Origin: Alphaproteobacteria bacterium
Lineage (GTDB): Bacteria > Pseudomonadota > Alphaproteobacteria > Methylaequorales > Methylaequoraceae
Assembly (NCBI GenBank): GCA_045563015.1
Contig: JBJKUQ010000016.1
Location: 9,280 to 73,279 of the forward strand
Direction of reading: 5' to 3'
Length of the DNA: 64,000 bases
The notes beneath the pieces were generated by a model that had not been told where the DNA came from, searched no databases, and saw only the letters and a list, made by a program, of their open reading frames with translations. Of this stretch, positions 34,661 through 45,467 are shown one piece after another. The translations under genes and the position numbers were made by a program. The first letter of the stretch is position 1. Each line of letters begins with the position of its first letter.

Positions 34661-35203
34661 CTACTTTTTTAAAAATTCTTTACTCAAGTTATCATAAACA
34701 TCTGGTGTATTTTCTAATAATTTTTTTTCAGTATTATTAATTTCTCTAATAAATTTAGCTGGATTACCAGCCCAAAGTTGAAACTTTTTAACAATTGTAC
34801 CTGGTGTTACAACTGCACCAGCTGCAACAAAAGCATACTTTTCAATTTTTGCATTATCCAGAACAACTGAGCCCATCCCAATTAGAGAAAAGTCATCAAT
34901 CTTACATGCATGAATTGTTGCATTATGCCCTATAGTTACATTATCTCCAATAACCGTTGGATAACCCATTTTACCATTTGCAGAAAAACCATTTGATGAA
35001 ACGTGAATAATAGTTCCATCTTGTATATTAGTATTTTCTCCAATCTTTATATTATTAACATCACCTCTAATAACACAATTAAACCACACACTACTATTTT
35101 TTAAAATTTCTACATCACCAATAATTCTTGAACCATCTGCTACAAAAACACTTCTATGAATTATTGGTTTTTTTTTATTGTACTCTATAATACTGTAACT
35201 CAT
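34661..35203 (-). CDS. Gamma-carbonic-anhydrase-family hexapeptide-repeat protein
   Basis: Left-handed beta-helix repeats; IHRSVFVADGSRIIGDV...; 180 aa. Confidence 0.8.
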   Translation of the reverse strand: MSYSIIEYNKKKPIIHRSVFVADGSRIIGDVEILKNSSVWFNCVIRGDVNNIKIGENTNIQDGTIIHVSSNGFSANGKMGYPTVIGDNVTIGHNATIHACKIDDFSLIGMGSVVLDNAKIEKYAFVAAGAVVTPGTIVKKFQLWAGNPAKFIREINNTEKKLLENTPDVYDNLSKEFLKK

Positions 35204-35206
35204 AAT

Positions 35207-36220
35207 TTATATCAATGACTCTGACTCTTCAAAATCAAACATCAAATTCATATTCTGAACTGCTTGACCAGCTGCACCTTTGATTAAATTGTCTAAACTA
35301 CTAGTAATAATTATTATTTTTTTTTCAATGTCTTGGAAGACATTTATTATAACATTATTTGTATCTTGAACATCTGAAAGTTTAACTATTTTATTTTTTT
35401 GAACTTTAACAAATCTTTCATTTGCAAAATAACTTTTAAGAAAATCAAAAACTAAATCTACATCCATATTCTCCTTATCTAGATATATATTGGATTGAAT
35501 ACCGCTAAAAATTGGAAGTAGATGAGGAATGAATGTCAAAGAAATATTTTTATTAAATTTATTTACCTCTTGCTTTATTTCAGGGAAATGTTTGTGAGAG
35601 TTGGTTGAATATGAAAAAAAATTATTTTGTAATTCTGAAAACATATTTTGTTCAACTAATTTTTTACCTGCTCCACTAACACCCGATTTTGAATCGATAA
35701 TAATATGATTACCTTTAATAATTTTTTCTTTAAGTAATGGAATTATTGGGATCAAAATTGATGTAGGATAACAACCAGGGTTAGCAATTTTTTTTGAGTT
35801 TGAAATTTCATCTTTATATATTTCTGTGAGTCCATAGGTAAATTCACTTTTTAATTCATAAGTTTCATGCTTAGTTTCATAAAATTTCTCATATTCAGGC
35901 TTATTTTCTATTCTAAAATCTCCAGACAAGTCAATTATTGACAAATCTTTTCTTAATCCAGAAATAATATTTTTTTGTAATTCACCATGTGGTAGACAGC
36001 TAAAAACTAAGTCAACTTTATTAAAATCAAATAACTTAAAATCGGAAATTCCAATATCTGGTATCATTTGTAAATTTGGGAATACTTCTCTTAATCTAAC
36101 ACCAATATTATTTGATCCAAAGACACCAACTATTTCTACTTTACTGTGTTTATCAAGATAGCTTAAGAGCTTTGAGCCTGTGTAACCAGAAACCCCAAAA
36201 ATACAAACCTTTAAAGTCAT
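35207..36220 (-). CDS. argC: N-acetyl-gamma-glutamyl-phosphate reductase
   Basis: IFGVSGYTGSKLL N-terminus; active-site Cys region; typical alphaproteobacterial rplM-rpsI-argC neighbourhood. Confidence 0.85.
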   Translation of the reverse strand: MTLKVCIFGVSGYTGSKLLSYLDKHSKVEIVGVFGSNNIGVRLREVFPNLQMIPDIGISDFKLFDFNKVDLVFSCLPHGELQKNIISGLRKDLSIIDLSGDFRIENKPEYEKFYETKHETYELKSEFTYGLTEIYKDEISNSKKIANPGCYPTSILIPIIPLLKEKIIKGNHIIIDSKSGVSGAGKKLVEQNMFSELQNNFFSYSTNSHKHFPEIKQEVNKFNKNISLTFIPHLLPIFSGIQSNIYLDKENMDVDLVFDFLKSYFANERFVKVQKNKIVKLSDVQDTNNVIINVFQDIEKKIIIITSSLDNLIKGAAGQAVQNMNLMFDFEESESLI

Positions 36221-36223
36221 CTT

Positions 36224-36682
36224 TTATCTTTTCGAGAATTGCGGACTTCTTCTTGCTTTGTGTTTACCAAATTTTTTTCTTTCAACCTTTCTTGCATCTC
36301 TTGTTAAAAAACCCATTTTTTTAAGTTTCTTTCTCAGAGATGGGTCAAGATTTACAAGAGCTCTACTTATTCCGTGTCTTACTGCACCTGCTTGACCAGA
36401 CAAACCACCCCCTGCTACAGTAGAAAATATTTCAATTTTTTCTAAGTTATCAGTTTTTACAAGAGGAGCTTCTAAGATTGAAGAGTAAATTTTTCTTAAA
36501 AAATATTTTTCAACTGGCTTACCATTAACAATTATTTTTGAAGTCCCATATTTTATCCAAACTCTTGAAACTGATGTTTTTCGTCTACCAGTTGCATATG
36601 CTCTACCTAACTTATCTAAAGACGGTTTTTCTGAGCTAACGTCAATTGCCTTAGAGTTCGGTTTAATTGATTCTTCAGACAC
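36224..36682 (-). CDS. rpsI: 30S ribosomal protein S9
   Basis: [19 protein letters not shown]...[16 protein letters not shown]. Confidence 0.95.
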   Translation of the reverse strand: MSEESIKPNSKAIDVSSEKPSLDKLGRAYATGRRKTSVSRVWIKYGTSKIIVNGKPVEKYFLRKIYSSILEAPLVKTDNLEKIEIFSTVAGGGLSGQAGAVRHGISRALVNLDPSLRKKLKKMGFLTRDARKVERKKFGKHKARRSPQFSKR

Positions 36683-36683
36683 T

Positions 36684-37145
36684 TTATTTTACCTTATTCT
36701 TTCTATTCATTTCACCAAAATTGTAAAATTCAGGCTTTTGCGATTCCATATTATGTTTTTGGTCATTGAAAATTTTCAAGTTTGTAAGTTGTCTCTTTGA
36801 TAGTGCATTAGAATTCATCATTCTTTTTACAGCTTTTTTCAGAACTACTGAGGGATCTCCAGATTTCATTATATCCGAAAATTTAATTTCTTTAATACCA
36901 CCGGGGTAACCAGTATGCTTAAAATAATTTTTTTTCTTTTCTTTGGATCCTGTAAGTTTGAGGTCTTTTGCGTTTATGACGATCACATTATCGCCACAAT
37001 CAAGGTGAGGTGTGAATGTAGTTTTATGCTTACCTCTTAATATCATTGACACTCTTGAAGCCAGTCTTCCTAATACTAAGCCATTGGCATCTATAAGAAA
37101 CCACTTTTTTTTTATATCTTTTTGTTTAATAGAATATGTTAGCAT
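36684..37145 (-). CDS. rplM: 50S ribosomal protein L13
   Basis: [16 protein letters not shown]...HTGYPGG. Confidence 0.95.
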   Translation of the reverse strand: MLTYSIKQKDIKKKWFLIDANGLVLGRLASRVSMILRGKHKTTFTPHLDCGDNVIVINAKDLKLTGSKEKKKNYFKHTGYPGGIKEIKFSDIMKSGDPSVVLKKAVKRMMNSNALSKRQLTNLKIFNDQKHNMESQKPEFYNFGEMNRKNKVK

Positions 37146-37193
37146 TTTTATTAAAGAAAGTAGCTTAAAATTCTAATGTGTCAATACTAATTA

Positions 37194-37511
37194 TTATTTT
37201 GAATTATCAACAAACCAATCTAAATATTTTTTATTAGGAGGAAAGTTTTTTATTTCTAATATTATAGGAATTTCATAATTATGAACTGACGATAAAAAGT
37301 TTTCTATTTCCATTTTCAAACACGCTGTCTTTATAATTAGTATGGTTTCTTTAGTATTCTTGATTTTACCATCTTCAGTATAAAAACTTTGAACATCACT
37401 AATTAAATTCACACATATTGCTTTTTTATTTTTTATAAGGATCTTACTTATTTTCTTAGCAAAAATTAAATTAGAAGTTGTTGAGTAGAATAATCTAAAT
37501 TTTTTCTTCAT
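37194..37511 (-). CDS. cutA: Divalent-cation tolerance protein CutA
   Basis: CutA1 fold pattern (AICVNLI..V.S.Y...GKI); start trimmed to MKKKF to avoid tRNA-Pro. Confidence 0.7.
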   Translation of the reverse strand: MKKKFRLFYSTTSNLIFAKKISKILIKNKKAICVNLISDVQSFYTEDGKIKNTKETILIIKTACLKMEIENFLSSVHNYEIPIILEIKNFPPNKKYLDWFVDNSK

Positions 37512-37517
37512 TATCTC

Positions 37518-37594
37518 TGGTCGGGGCAACTGGATTTGAACCAGCGACCTCCCGTCCCCCAGACGGACGCGCTACCAGACTGCGCCACGCCCCG
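37518..37594 (-). tRNA. tRNA-Pro (GGG)
   Basis: Reverse complement CGGGGCGTGGCGCAGTCTGGTAGCGC...GGTTCAAATCC; C1:G72 typical of tRNA-Pro; anticodon loop CTGGGGG. Confidence 0.85.
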
Positions 37595-37600
37595 ATTTTT

Positions 37601-37912
37601 TTAAACGTATTTCTTTAATTTTTTTAAAAGCACTGATATTTCCTCAATAATATTGTTTTTTTCATTTTTTAGCTTAATTTCTCTAGTCAAAATTCTTTTT
37701 ACCCCATCAATTGAATATTTTTTTTCGTACAAAAGCTCTTTGATTAATTTTAACTTAATTATTAACTCTGAATCATAATACCTATAACCACCATTTTTCT
37801 TGATTGGTTTAACAACACTAAATTTTTTTTCCCAAAACCTAAGAATATAAATAGGTACAGAAATTAATTTTGAGGTTTCTCCAATAGTTTTTAAGGCGTT
37901 AGGACTTTTCAT
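37601..37912 (-). CDS. MerR-family transcriptional regulator
   Basis: N-terminal HTH (TIGETSKLISVPIYILRFWE...G.RYY); conserved ihfA-merR-tRNAPro arrangement of alphaproteobacteria. Confidence 0.75.
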   Translation of the reverse strand: MKSPNALKTIGETSKLISVPIYILRFWEKKFSVVKPIKKNGGYRYYDSELIIKLKLIKELLYEKKYSIDGVKRILTREIKLKNEKNNIIEEISVLLKKLKKYV

Positions 37913-38216
37913 TCAAATTATTCATATTCGAATTAATAAAATTCAAAAGGTAATCAGAAGATTTAAAAGTAACAACATTTCTTGAAGAAATCATAACTTC
38001 AATTTTAGTTTTTGGGTTTCTTCCTATTCTCTCTTTTTTTGAGGTTGTTTTAAAAATACCAAAATTTACAATTTTAACACTTTTTTTTTCTTTTAAACTT
38101 TCAGAAACCATTTCTAAAAATGTCTCTAAAAAAATCTTACATTCTCTTTTTGACAAACCAATGGATTCATTGATGTGGTTCACTAGAATTGCTTTTGTTA
38201 AAACTTTTGTATTCAT
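37899..38216 (-). CDS. ihfA: Integration host factor subunit alpha
   Basis: HU/IHF fold: LTKAILVNHINESIGLSKRECK...GRNPKTKIEV. Confidence 0.88.
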   Translation of the reverse strand: MNTKVLTKAILVNHINESIGLSKRECKIFLETFLEMVSESLKEKKSVKIVNFGIFKTTSKKERIGRNPKTKIEVMISSRNVVTFKSSDYLLNFINSNMNNLNEKS

Positions 38217-38236
38217 TAGCTAATTTATTATACAAT

Positions 38237-39195
38237 TTACACTTTTAAAATACAACTTCCCCATGGTGTTAACCCCCCACCAATGGCACAAAGTGCAATT
38301 ATGTCATTTTTTTTTATTTTACCAGATTTAAAGGCATGTGAAATTGCCAAAGGAATTGATGCTGCTGATGTATTAGCATGAAAATTAACAGTACTAATAG
38401 TTTTTTTAATATCAATACCAAGTTTTTTTGCCGTACCTAAAATAATTCTCTGATTTGCTTGATGAGGAATAAACCAGTCTATATCTTGAATTTTAAGGTT
38501 ACAATTTTCTAAAGCTTCTAGAGTAGAGGATGATAATTTGGTTACTGCTTGTTTAAAAATATCTTGTCCATTCATTCTTATTTTTCCAACTTTTTGGTTT
38601 AATGATGGACCACCATCAGCAAACAAACTTTCCATAAATTTTCCATCTGAAAATATTCTTGAAGACAAAATTCCCAACTTTTCTTTTGATGCTGAAAGTA
38701 TAACTGCCCCAGCTCCATCACCAAATAAAACGCAAGTTCTTCTATCTTTCCAATCAACAATTTTTGAAAGAGTTTCAGATCCTATTACCAATACATTCTT
38801 ATACTTCTCTGATTTTATAAAAGAATCAGCGACTTGTATTCCATAAATAAAACCTGAGCAAACAGCTTGAATATCAAAGGCAGGATATTACAAATTTTAA
38901 AGTGATTCTGAACTTTTATTGCAGTTGATGGAAATGTATTATCTGGAGTTGTTGTTGCTAAAATAATACAGTCAATGTCTTTTGGTTTTACATTACATGA
39001 TAAAAATGCATTTTCCGCTGATTTAATGGCTAAATCGGATGTTAATTCAGTTTTTTCTGCTATGTGTCTTTGTCTAATTCCAGTTCTAGAGAAAATCCAT
39101 TCATCAGATGTATCTACAATTTTTTTTAGATCCTCATTTTTAAGGATCTTTTTTGGAAGATAATCACCATAACCAACAATTTCAGAATAAATCAT
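38237..39195 (-). pseudogene. fabH: 3-oxoacyl-ACP synthase III, interrupted by a frameshift
   Basis: N-terminal part (38815-39195) and C-terminal part (38237 to ~38870) are both clearly FabH but in different frames; the conserved PAFDIQAVCSGFIYG is encoded in the C-frame immediately after ...VQNHFKICN in the N-frame. Confidence 0.8.
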
Positions 39196-39205
39196 TTTCT
39201 TAAAC

Positions 39206-40207
39206 TCAACTTTCCATCTTTTTTTTTATTTCATCTATGTAGGAATTCTCAATAAGTGAAACTGCAACACCAATTGCATTACTAAAACCAAAAGCGTCTG
39301 TCCCTCCATGACTTTTAACAACAATACCATTAAGACCCAAAAGAACTGCTCCATTATATTTTCTTGGGTCAATCCTTGTTTTAAACCTATTAATCGCTGG
39401 TTTTGATAAAATATACCCAAGTTTTGAAATAATTGAACTTTTGTAAGCATTCTTTAGAAATGTAAAAATTAATTCAGCAACTCCCTCTGCCGTTTTAAGT
39501 GCTATATTACCAGAAAAACCATCGGTAACAACAACATCAACAACTCCTTTATTAATATCATCACCTTCAATAAAACCATGAAAGTTAAGCAGTGACTTCA
39601 TTTTTTTTAATTTATCAAATGTTTTTTTCACAGTTGGATTACCTTTAATATTTTCCGACCCAACATTAAGTAATCCTAATTTTGGTTTTCTAATACCCAG
39701 AACAGACTTTGAGAACATATCACCCATTAAAGCAAATTGAACAAGGTTATCATCAGTACATTCAACATTAGCCCCTAAATCTAGCACAACAGACTGACCT
39801 TTCATTGTTGGAAGTAGAGCGGCTATAGCTGGTCTATCAATACCTTTTATTGTTTTAAGAACAAATTTTGAGATTGCCATCAATGCGCCGGTATTACCAG
39901 CAGAAACAAGACCATCAGAATCGCCAAAATTAACTGAGTTGATACCAAGCCTCATACTTGATTTTTTTAATTTTCTTAAAGCATGAACAGGCTCATCATT
40001 TGAACTAATACTTTCATTAGTATGAACTAACTCATAATTTGTGAATTTTTTATATTTATTGAGACAGTTAAAGATTTTCTTTTTGTTACCAAATAATTTG
40101 AATATTACCTTGGGATAGACTTTGGAAGCAATGGCCACTCCTTCAATTGTAGTCTCAGGGCCATGATCGCCACCCATAACATCAATGGCAAGTATAATTT
40201 TTTTCAA
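39206..40207 (-). CDS. plsX: Phosphate acyltransferase PlsX
   Basis: ILAIDVMGGDHGP N-terminus; 333 aa. Confidence 0.93.
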   Translation of the reverse strand: MKKIILAIDVMGGDHGPETTIEGVAIASKVYPKVIFKLFGNKKKIFNCLNKYKKFTNYELVHTNESISSNDEPVHALRKLKKSSMRLGINSVNFGDSDGLVSAGNTGALMAISKFVLKTIKGIDRPAIAALLPTMKGQSVVLDLGANVECTDDNLVQFALMGDMFSKSVLGIRKPKLGLLNVGSENIKGNPTVKKTFDKLKKMKSLLNFHGFIEGDDINKGVVDVVVTDGFSGNIALKTAEGVAELIFTFLKNAYKSSIISKLGYILSKPAINRFKTRIDPRKYNGAVLLGLNGIVVKSHGGTDAFGFSNAIGVAVSLIENSYIDEIKKKMES

Positions 40208-40220
40208 AAAATCTCCAATT

Positions 40221-40433
40221 CTAGTTTTCAGAATCTAGTTCAACGTTTTCATCTAGACTTTTGGATTTAATTACAACTTTTTTATTGTAGTAACCACACG
40301 CTGAACAAACATGGTGACTTAATTTAAGTTCGCCACAATTTGGACACTCCATTGTATTCTTAATTACTAAGCCGTCATGAGAACGCCTCATATTTCTTTT
40401 TGATGGTGTTGTTTTTCTTTTTGGAACTGCCAT
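40221..40433 (-). CDS. rpmF: 50S ribosomal protein L32
   Basis: [19 protein letters not shown]...CPNCGE..SHHVC. Confidence 0.93.
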   Translation of the reverse strand: MAVPKRKTTPSKRNMRRSHDGLVIKNTMECPNCGELKLSHHVCSACGYYNKKVVIKSKSLDENVELDSEN

Positions 40434-40500
40434 TGTATTTCTAGTAAAAGAGTTTTATTACATAAAAAAAGGTATAAAGACAATGATTTTTTTAAAAAAA

Positions 40501-40992
40501 TTATTCTATAAAATCAAAACTCATATTTATAAAATCATCTTTTTTTAATTTGCTAAAGAGTAACACATTTTTTTCTGTGTATTTTTTTAGTTTTTTATAA
40601 TCGATCTTACTAGAATTGAAATTTAACTTTAATCTATTTTCAAGATCACATTTTTCTTTGTTAACTAATTTAATAAAACTTTCAGAATAAACTGAGAGCC
40701 TTCCATAAAAATTTTCAACCAAAGCTCGAGTCTTTTTTGGAATTCTACTTTCAGCTTCACCAGATTCTCTTAGTAAATACTCCAAATCTTTTATAAAATA
40801 TAAAATAATTGATTCCATTTTTTTCTTTTCAACTTTTGAAGTATTCATGTACCACAAAATTATAATTAAATTTAATTGAAAAATTTCTAACCTTAACCAA
40901 GTGGAATCGGGGATGAGAAAATTATCAAAAAAAAATTTTTTTTTTGATTGTTTAATTATTTTATTATAAATAGAAGATAGGAAATTATTCAT
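40501..40992 (-). CDS. Hypothetical protein, possibly ubiquinol-cytochrome c chaperone family (Cbp3-like)
   Basis: WLRLEIFQLNLIIILWYMN hydrophobic helix resembles that family; a Cbp3-bamE pairing is common near plsX in alphaproteobacteria; weak. Confidence 0.35.
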   Translation of the reverse strand: MNNFLSSIYNKIIKQSKKKFFFDNFLIPDSTWLRLEIFQLNLIIILWYMNTSKVEKKKMESIILYFIKDLEYLLRESGEAESRIPKKTRALVENFYGRLSVYSESFIKLVNKEKCDLENRLKLNFNSSKIDYKKLKKYTEKNVLLFSKLKKDDFINMSFDFIE

Positions 40993-40995
40993 ACA

Positions 40996-41469
40996 ATGCC
41001 TAAAAAAAATTATATTCTCTGTATATCACTCTCAATTTGTTTACTTCTTTGCTCTTGTATAAGCCAAAAACTAGTTCATGGCAACCTTCCAGATGCTCAA
41101 TTAGTATCTTTATTAGATGTTGGAAAAGATAGTAAAGATTCAACAAAAAAGATACTAGGTGAACCTACTTTTAAAGGAATCTTTGGAGATAATTCTCATT
41201 ATTATGTTGGAACAGTTAATTCTAAAATTGCATTTTTGAAACCAAAACTAAATAATCAATACGTTCTTGAATTGGGCTTTGACAAAAGTAATAAATTAAA
41301 AAGAATTTATCTTTATGATGAAAAAGAATCAATTAATGTAGATATGTCTTCTTTGGAAACTATGAGTTCAGGCAAAAAATTAACGTTTCTACAACAAATA
41401 TTTAGTAACATAGGTATTACGGGTGCAGCTCGAGGAACAATAATTGGAAGTGGAAAAGCCGACGATTAG
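40996..41469 (+). CDS. bamE: Outer-membrane protein assembly factor BamE (SmpA/OmlA lipoprotein)
   Basis: Lipobox LLCSC; KDSTKKILGEPTFKGIFGDNSHYYVG matches BamE core. Confidence 0.7.
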   Translation: MPKKNYILCISLSICLLLCSCISQKLVHGNLPDAQLVSLLDVGKDSKDSTKKILGEPTFKGIFGDNSHYYVGTVNSKIAFLKPKLNNQYVLELGFDKSNKLKRIYLYDEKESINVDMSSLETMSSGKKLTFLQQIFSNIGITGAARGTIIGSGKADD

Positions 41470-43566
41470 TTAAGAGAGCATTGATAATAAAAGTATGGCA
41501 ACAATATTTACTATTTTTATCATTGGATTAATTGCTGGGCCGGCGGTGTCTTTATATGGATCCCCAACTGTATCTCCAGTTATGGCCGCTTTGTGTGCAT
41601 CTGAATTCTTGCCACCATAATTTCCATCCTCGATAAACTTTTTTGCGTTATCCCATGCACCACCCCCGGATGTCATTGAAATAGCAACAAACAGTCCTGT
41701 AACAATTGTTCCTAATAACATAGCGCCTAAGGATGTGAATGCATGTGATGCGTCACCTGAAATAAATAAGATTAAATAATAAGTAATAAATGGAGCTAGA
41801 ACTGGTAAAAGCGAAGGTATAATCATTTCAATTATTGCTGCTTTTGTGAGTATATCAACTGCTTTTCCATATTCAGGTTTAGATCTTCCTGTCATAATTC
41901 CTTTGTTCTCAGCAAATTGTCTTCTAACTTCATTTACAATTTTTGTAGCTGTTCTTCCAACTGCTGTCATGCCCATTGATCCAAATAGATAAGGTAACAT
42001 TCCTCCGATTAAAAGTCCAACTACAACATAAGGATCTTCTAGTGAAAATTTTAAATCCATACTAGGAAAATAATACTTTAAATCTTGGGTATATGCCCCA
42101 AAAAGAACTAAGGAAGCTAAACCAGCAGATCCAATAGCATAGCCTTTTGTAACAGCCTTGGTAGTGTTACCAACAGCGTCAAGAGCGTCTGTAGTTTTTC
42201 TTACACTTTCTGGAAGGTTTGACATTTCCGCGATACCTCCGGCATTATCTGTAACTGGACCATAAGCATCCAAAGCTACAATCATTCCAGCTAATGCTAA
42301 CATTGTTGTAGCTGCGATTGATATTCCGTATAAGCCAGCGAATTTATAAGAAAAAACTATTCCTATTATTATTACAATGGTAGGTAAAGCTGTTGATTGC
42401 ATTGATACAGCAAGACCTTGAATAATATTTGTTGCATGGCCAGATTGAGATGAGTCGGCAACAGATCTGACTGGTTTAAACTCTGTGCTAGTGTAGTATT
42501 CAGTGATCCACACAATAAGTCCGGTTACCGTTAACCCTACTATTGAACAATAAAAAAGATCAATCCCTTCGAAAGACTCTAAAAAAAGATCTTTGTTAAC
42601 TATAACTTTGTCCATATCAATTAAATAGTCTGTAACAAGATAGATCAATACTACTGAAGCAAGTGCGGTAATTATGAGTCCTTTGTATAGGGCGCCCATA
42701 ATATTATTTGACTCTCCTAATTTTACATAAAAGGTTCCTATAAGAGACGAAAGTATACAAACTGCTGCAATTACAAGTGGGTACATCATAAAAATTTGCT
42801 GATCGGTTCCTTGAAAAAGAATCAATCCCAACACCATTGTACCTACAATAGTTACAGCATACGTTTCAAAAAGATCAGCTGCCATTCCAGCACAATCTCC
42901 TACGTTATCTCCAACATTATCTGCAATTACAGCAGGGTTTCTTGGATCATCTTCTGGAATTCCTGCTTCAATTTTTCCTACTAAATCAGCCCCAACATCT
43001 GCACCTTTTGTAAAAATACCTCCGCCTAATCTTGCAAATATTGATATTAATGAGGCTCCAAAACTTAAAGCAATCATACCTTCAACAATTTCTCTACCTT
43101 CGGCAGCATAAAAAACATTATTAAGATAAAAGTAATAACTCACAAGCCCTAAAAGGCCCAAACCCACAACAAGGAATCCAGTTATAGCTCCAGACTTGAA
43201 AGAGATGTCCAGAGCTTTCTCAAGACTTTCCGTTGCTGCTTGTGTTGTCCTAACATTAGCTCGAACTGATACAAACATACCAATATAACCAGCCAGGCCT
43301 GATAAAAAAGCACCAATTAAAAAACCAATAGAGACGTAAGAGTTATCTATAAGATAGTACAATAAAATTGCAATTATCGCTCCAACTATTGAGATTGTCA
43401 GATACTGTCTATTGAGATAAGCTTGGGCACCTTCTTGAATAGCTGATGCTATCTCAATCATTCTCTCAGAACCTTGGGGGTTCTCTAAAATTTTTTTAAT
43501 TGTGTATCCACCGTAAGCGAGTGAAATTAAAGAGCAGAAAAAAACTATAGTGAATTCTAAAGACAT
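41470..43566 (-). CDS. hppA: K+-insensitive H+-translocating pyrophosphatase
   Basis: 698 aa, multi-TM; GNTTKA motif (Lys implies K+-independent type); DNVGDNVGD. Confidence 0.93.
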   Translation of the reverse strand: MSLEFTIVFFCSLISLAYGGYTIKKILENPQGSERMIEIASAIQEGAQAYLNRQYLTISIVGAIIAILLYYLIDNSYVSIGFLIGAFLSGLAGYIGMFVSVRANVRTTQAATESLEKALDISFKSGAITGFLVVGLGLLGLVSYYFYLNNVFYAAEGREIVEGMIALSFGASLISIFARLGGGIFTKGADVGADLVGKIEAGIPEDDPRNPAVIADNVGDNVGDCAGMAADLFETYAVTIVGTMVLGLILFQGTDQQIFMMYPLVIAAVCILSSLIGTFYVKLGESNNIMGALYKGLIITALASVVLIYLVTDYLIDMDKVIVNKDLFLESFEGIDLFYCSIVGLTVTGLIVWITEYYTSTEFKPVRSVADSSQSGHATNIIQGLAVSMQSTALPTIVIIIGIVFSYKFAGLYGISIAATTMLALAGMIVALDAYGPVTDNAGGIAEMSNLPESVRKTTDALDAVGNTTKAVTKGYAIGSAGLASLVLFGAYTQDLKYYFPSMDLKFSLEDPYVVVGLLIGGMLPYLFGSMGMTAVGRTATKIVNEVRRQFAENKGIMTGRSKPEYGKAVDILTKAAIIEMIIPSLLPVLAPFITYYLILFISGDASHAFTSLGAMLLGTIVTGLFVAISMTSGGGAWDNAKKFIEDGNYGGKNSDAHKAAITGDTVGDPYKDTAGPAINPMIKIVNIVAILLLSMLS

Positions 43567-43632
43567 ACTTATTATAATTTTGTAATTTTAGTTTTATAGC
43601 AGAATATAAATCATCTTCAAGGTTAAAACAAA

Positions 43633-44592
43633 TTAAAAGTGACTATAACCTGTTTTTGATAAATTTATTTTTTTTTTTTTCCTGTCATAAAATATAACTC
43701 CACTGCCTTTTTCTAAAAAACCAATTCTTTTAATATTTTTAATTTTTTTATTTTTTAATGCATTAATATTTTCTGGTTTAACTGAAAATAATAATTGATA
43801 ATCTTCACCACCATTAACGATTAAGTCCCAAATTTTTTTTTTTTTAGAAGAATCTCCAATTAGTTCTTTAGTATAATTTGATATTGGAATATCAGACAGA
43901 AAAATATTTGCCTGAAGTTTTGTATTATTGATCATTTTTGATAATTCACCTGAAATACCATCAGATATATCAGTGCAAAAATCAACAATTCCTAACAAGG
44001 ATTTACCAATCTTGATTTTTGGATCTGGCAAATACAACTTTTTTAAAAAATATTCTTTTGAACCCACTGGATATTTTTTTATTTTATTATTTTTAATTTT
44101 CAATCCAATAGCTGCATCACCCAAGTTTCCTGAGACAAATATTTGAGAACCCTGAGTCAGTTTTTTGTTCATTAGAAAGTTATCTTTTATAAAACCAAAA
44201 ATTGTGACTGACAAAAAAATCAACGGTGAACTAGACAAGTCACCACCAAATAACTTAATTTTATATTTTTTCATATCAGTGCTTAAACCTTCACAAAATC
44301 TTTTCAACCAAACCGTACATTTTTTTTTTGGTAAGCCAATATTTAATAAAAATCCATATGGATCACCTCCCATTGCTGCGATATCCGATAAATTAATTCT
44401 TAATAATTTCATAGCTAATATTTTTGGATCATAACCTTTATCAAAATGTTTGCCCTCAATCATCATATCAGATGAAACAATCATCTTTTTTTGTTGAAAC
44501 AAAATAGCTGCATCATTTTTTAACCCCATAGATTCTTTATTATTCGCTAAAGGGGAAAAAAAACTTTTAATTATTTGTTGTTCTTCGTTCAT
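43633..44592 (-). CDS. thiL: Thiamine-monophosphate kinase
   Basis: AIR-synthase-related fold; N-terminal II..FF....GDDAAIL pattern. Confidence 0.85.
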   Translation of the reverse strand: MNEEQQIIKSFFSPLANNKESMGLKNDAAILFQQKKMIVSSDMMIEGKHFDKGYDPKILAMKLLRINLSDIAAMGGDPYGFLLNIGLPKKKCTVWLKRFCEGLSTDMKKYKIKLFGGDLSSSPLIFLSVTIFGFIKDNFLMNKKLTQGSQIFVSGNLGDAAIGLKIKNNKIKKYPVGSKEYFLKKLYLPDPKIKIGKSLLGIVDFCTDISDGISGELSKMINNTKLQANIFLSDIPISNYTKELIGDSSKKKKIWDLIVNGGEDYQLLFSVKPENINALKNKKIKNIKRIGFLEKGSGVIFYDRKKKKINLSKTGYSHF

Positions 44593-45046
44593 TTTCTTTT
44601 AATTCTAAAAATATTTTTTCAAGTATTGCATTAATGAATGAGCATTCTTTATCTGTAAAAAAGGATTCTGTGAAAATTAAATATTCACTTACGATAATAC
44701 CAATCGATATTCTCGGAGAAACAAGCATCTCCGCAACTGCTACTCTAATAATGGATAACAAAACTTTTGGAAGTCTCTCTATATTCCAGTTTTCATATAA
44801 ATTCTTTTGAATAAGTTCATTTATAGTTAAACGTTTATCTTCATAAGTATTTAAGATTTTTAACAAATAACCCCTATTAAATTTTCTTTCATTTAATTTA
44901 TTTTTGAAATCAACATATAAAAAACAGTCTTCATTTTCAGAAAAATTTCTTTTTATTTGTCCAAAATCTTCTGTGAAATTCAAATTATAAAGAGCTTGAA
45001 TAGCTCCATATCTTGAAAATGATTTGGATAATTTATTATTTTTCAT
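44567..45046 (-). CDS. nusB: Transcription antitermination factor NusB
   Basis: ARYGAIQALY NusB motif; rib operon context. Confidence 0.88.
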   Translation of the reverse strand: MKNNKLSKSFSRYGAIQALYNLNFTEDFGQIKRNFSENEDCFLYVDFKNKLNERKFNRGYLLKILNTYEDKRLTINELIQKNLYENWNIERLPKVLLSIIRVAVAEMLVSPRISIGIIVSEYLIFTESFFTDKECSFINAILEKIFLELKENERRTTNN

Positions 45047-45467
45047 TTAATTTATTTATAAGGTCAATGCATGTATTGGCTGCAACCCCACCTAAGTTTT
45101 TTTTATTTACACTTGCACGTTCCAGAGCATCTGAATAATTGTGGACAGTTAATAATGAAGAAGAAAGAGGTAACATATTTTCATATGCAATCTTATAAAT
45201 TGTTTTTATTGTTATATTTTTTACACTTTCATAATGGTCAGTTTCTCCTCTAATAACACAACCCAAAACAACATAACCTAAAAATTTCTTTTTATATTTT
45301 TCTAAAAAAAAGGGTATCTCTAATGAACCTAAAACCTTAATTAATACAAAATCATATTTATTTTTTTTTAAAACATCTAAAGCACCCTGTAAAAGACTAT
45401 CTGAAATTTCAGGATAAAAAGTTGAACAGATAACTAAAATTTTTTTATTATAATCTTTTTGTGCCAT
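45036..45467 (-). CDS. ribH: 6,7-dimethyl-8-ribityllumazine synthase
   Basis: ILVICSTFYPEISDSLLQGA...GCVIRGETDHYE. Confidence 0.9.
   Translation of the reverse strand: MAQKDYNKKILVICSTFYPEISDSLLQGALDVLKKNKYDFVLIKVLGSLEIPFFLEKYKKKFLGYVVLGCVIRGETDHYESVKNITIKTIYKIAYENMLPLSSSLLTVHNYSDALERASVNKKNLGGVAANTCIDLINKLNEK

Noticed and set aside
37512-37529. Longest CutA ORF start extending into tRNA-Pro
   Set aside because: Overlap of a CDS with a tRNA on the same strand is implausible. The internal Met (MKKKF) gives a CutA of normal length ending just before the tRNA.
39235-39450. 71-aa ORF inside plsX on the same strand but in a different frame
   Set aside because: It is nested in a well-supported plsX and has no homology features.
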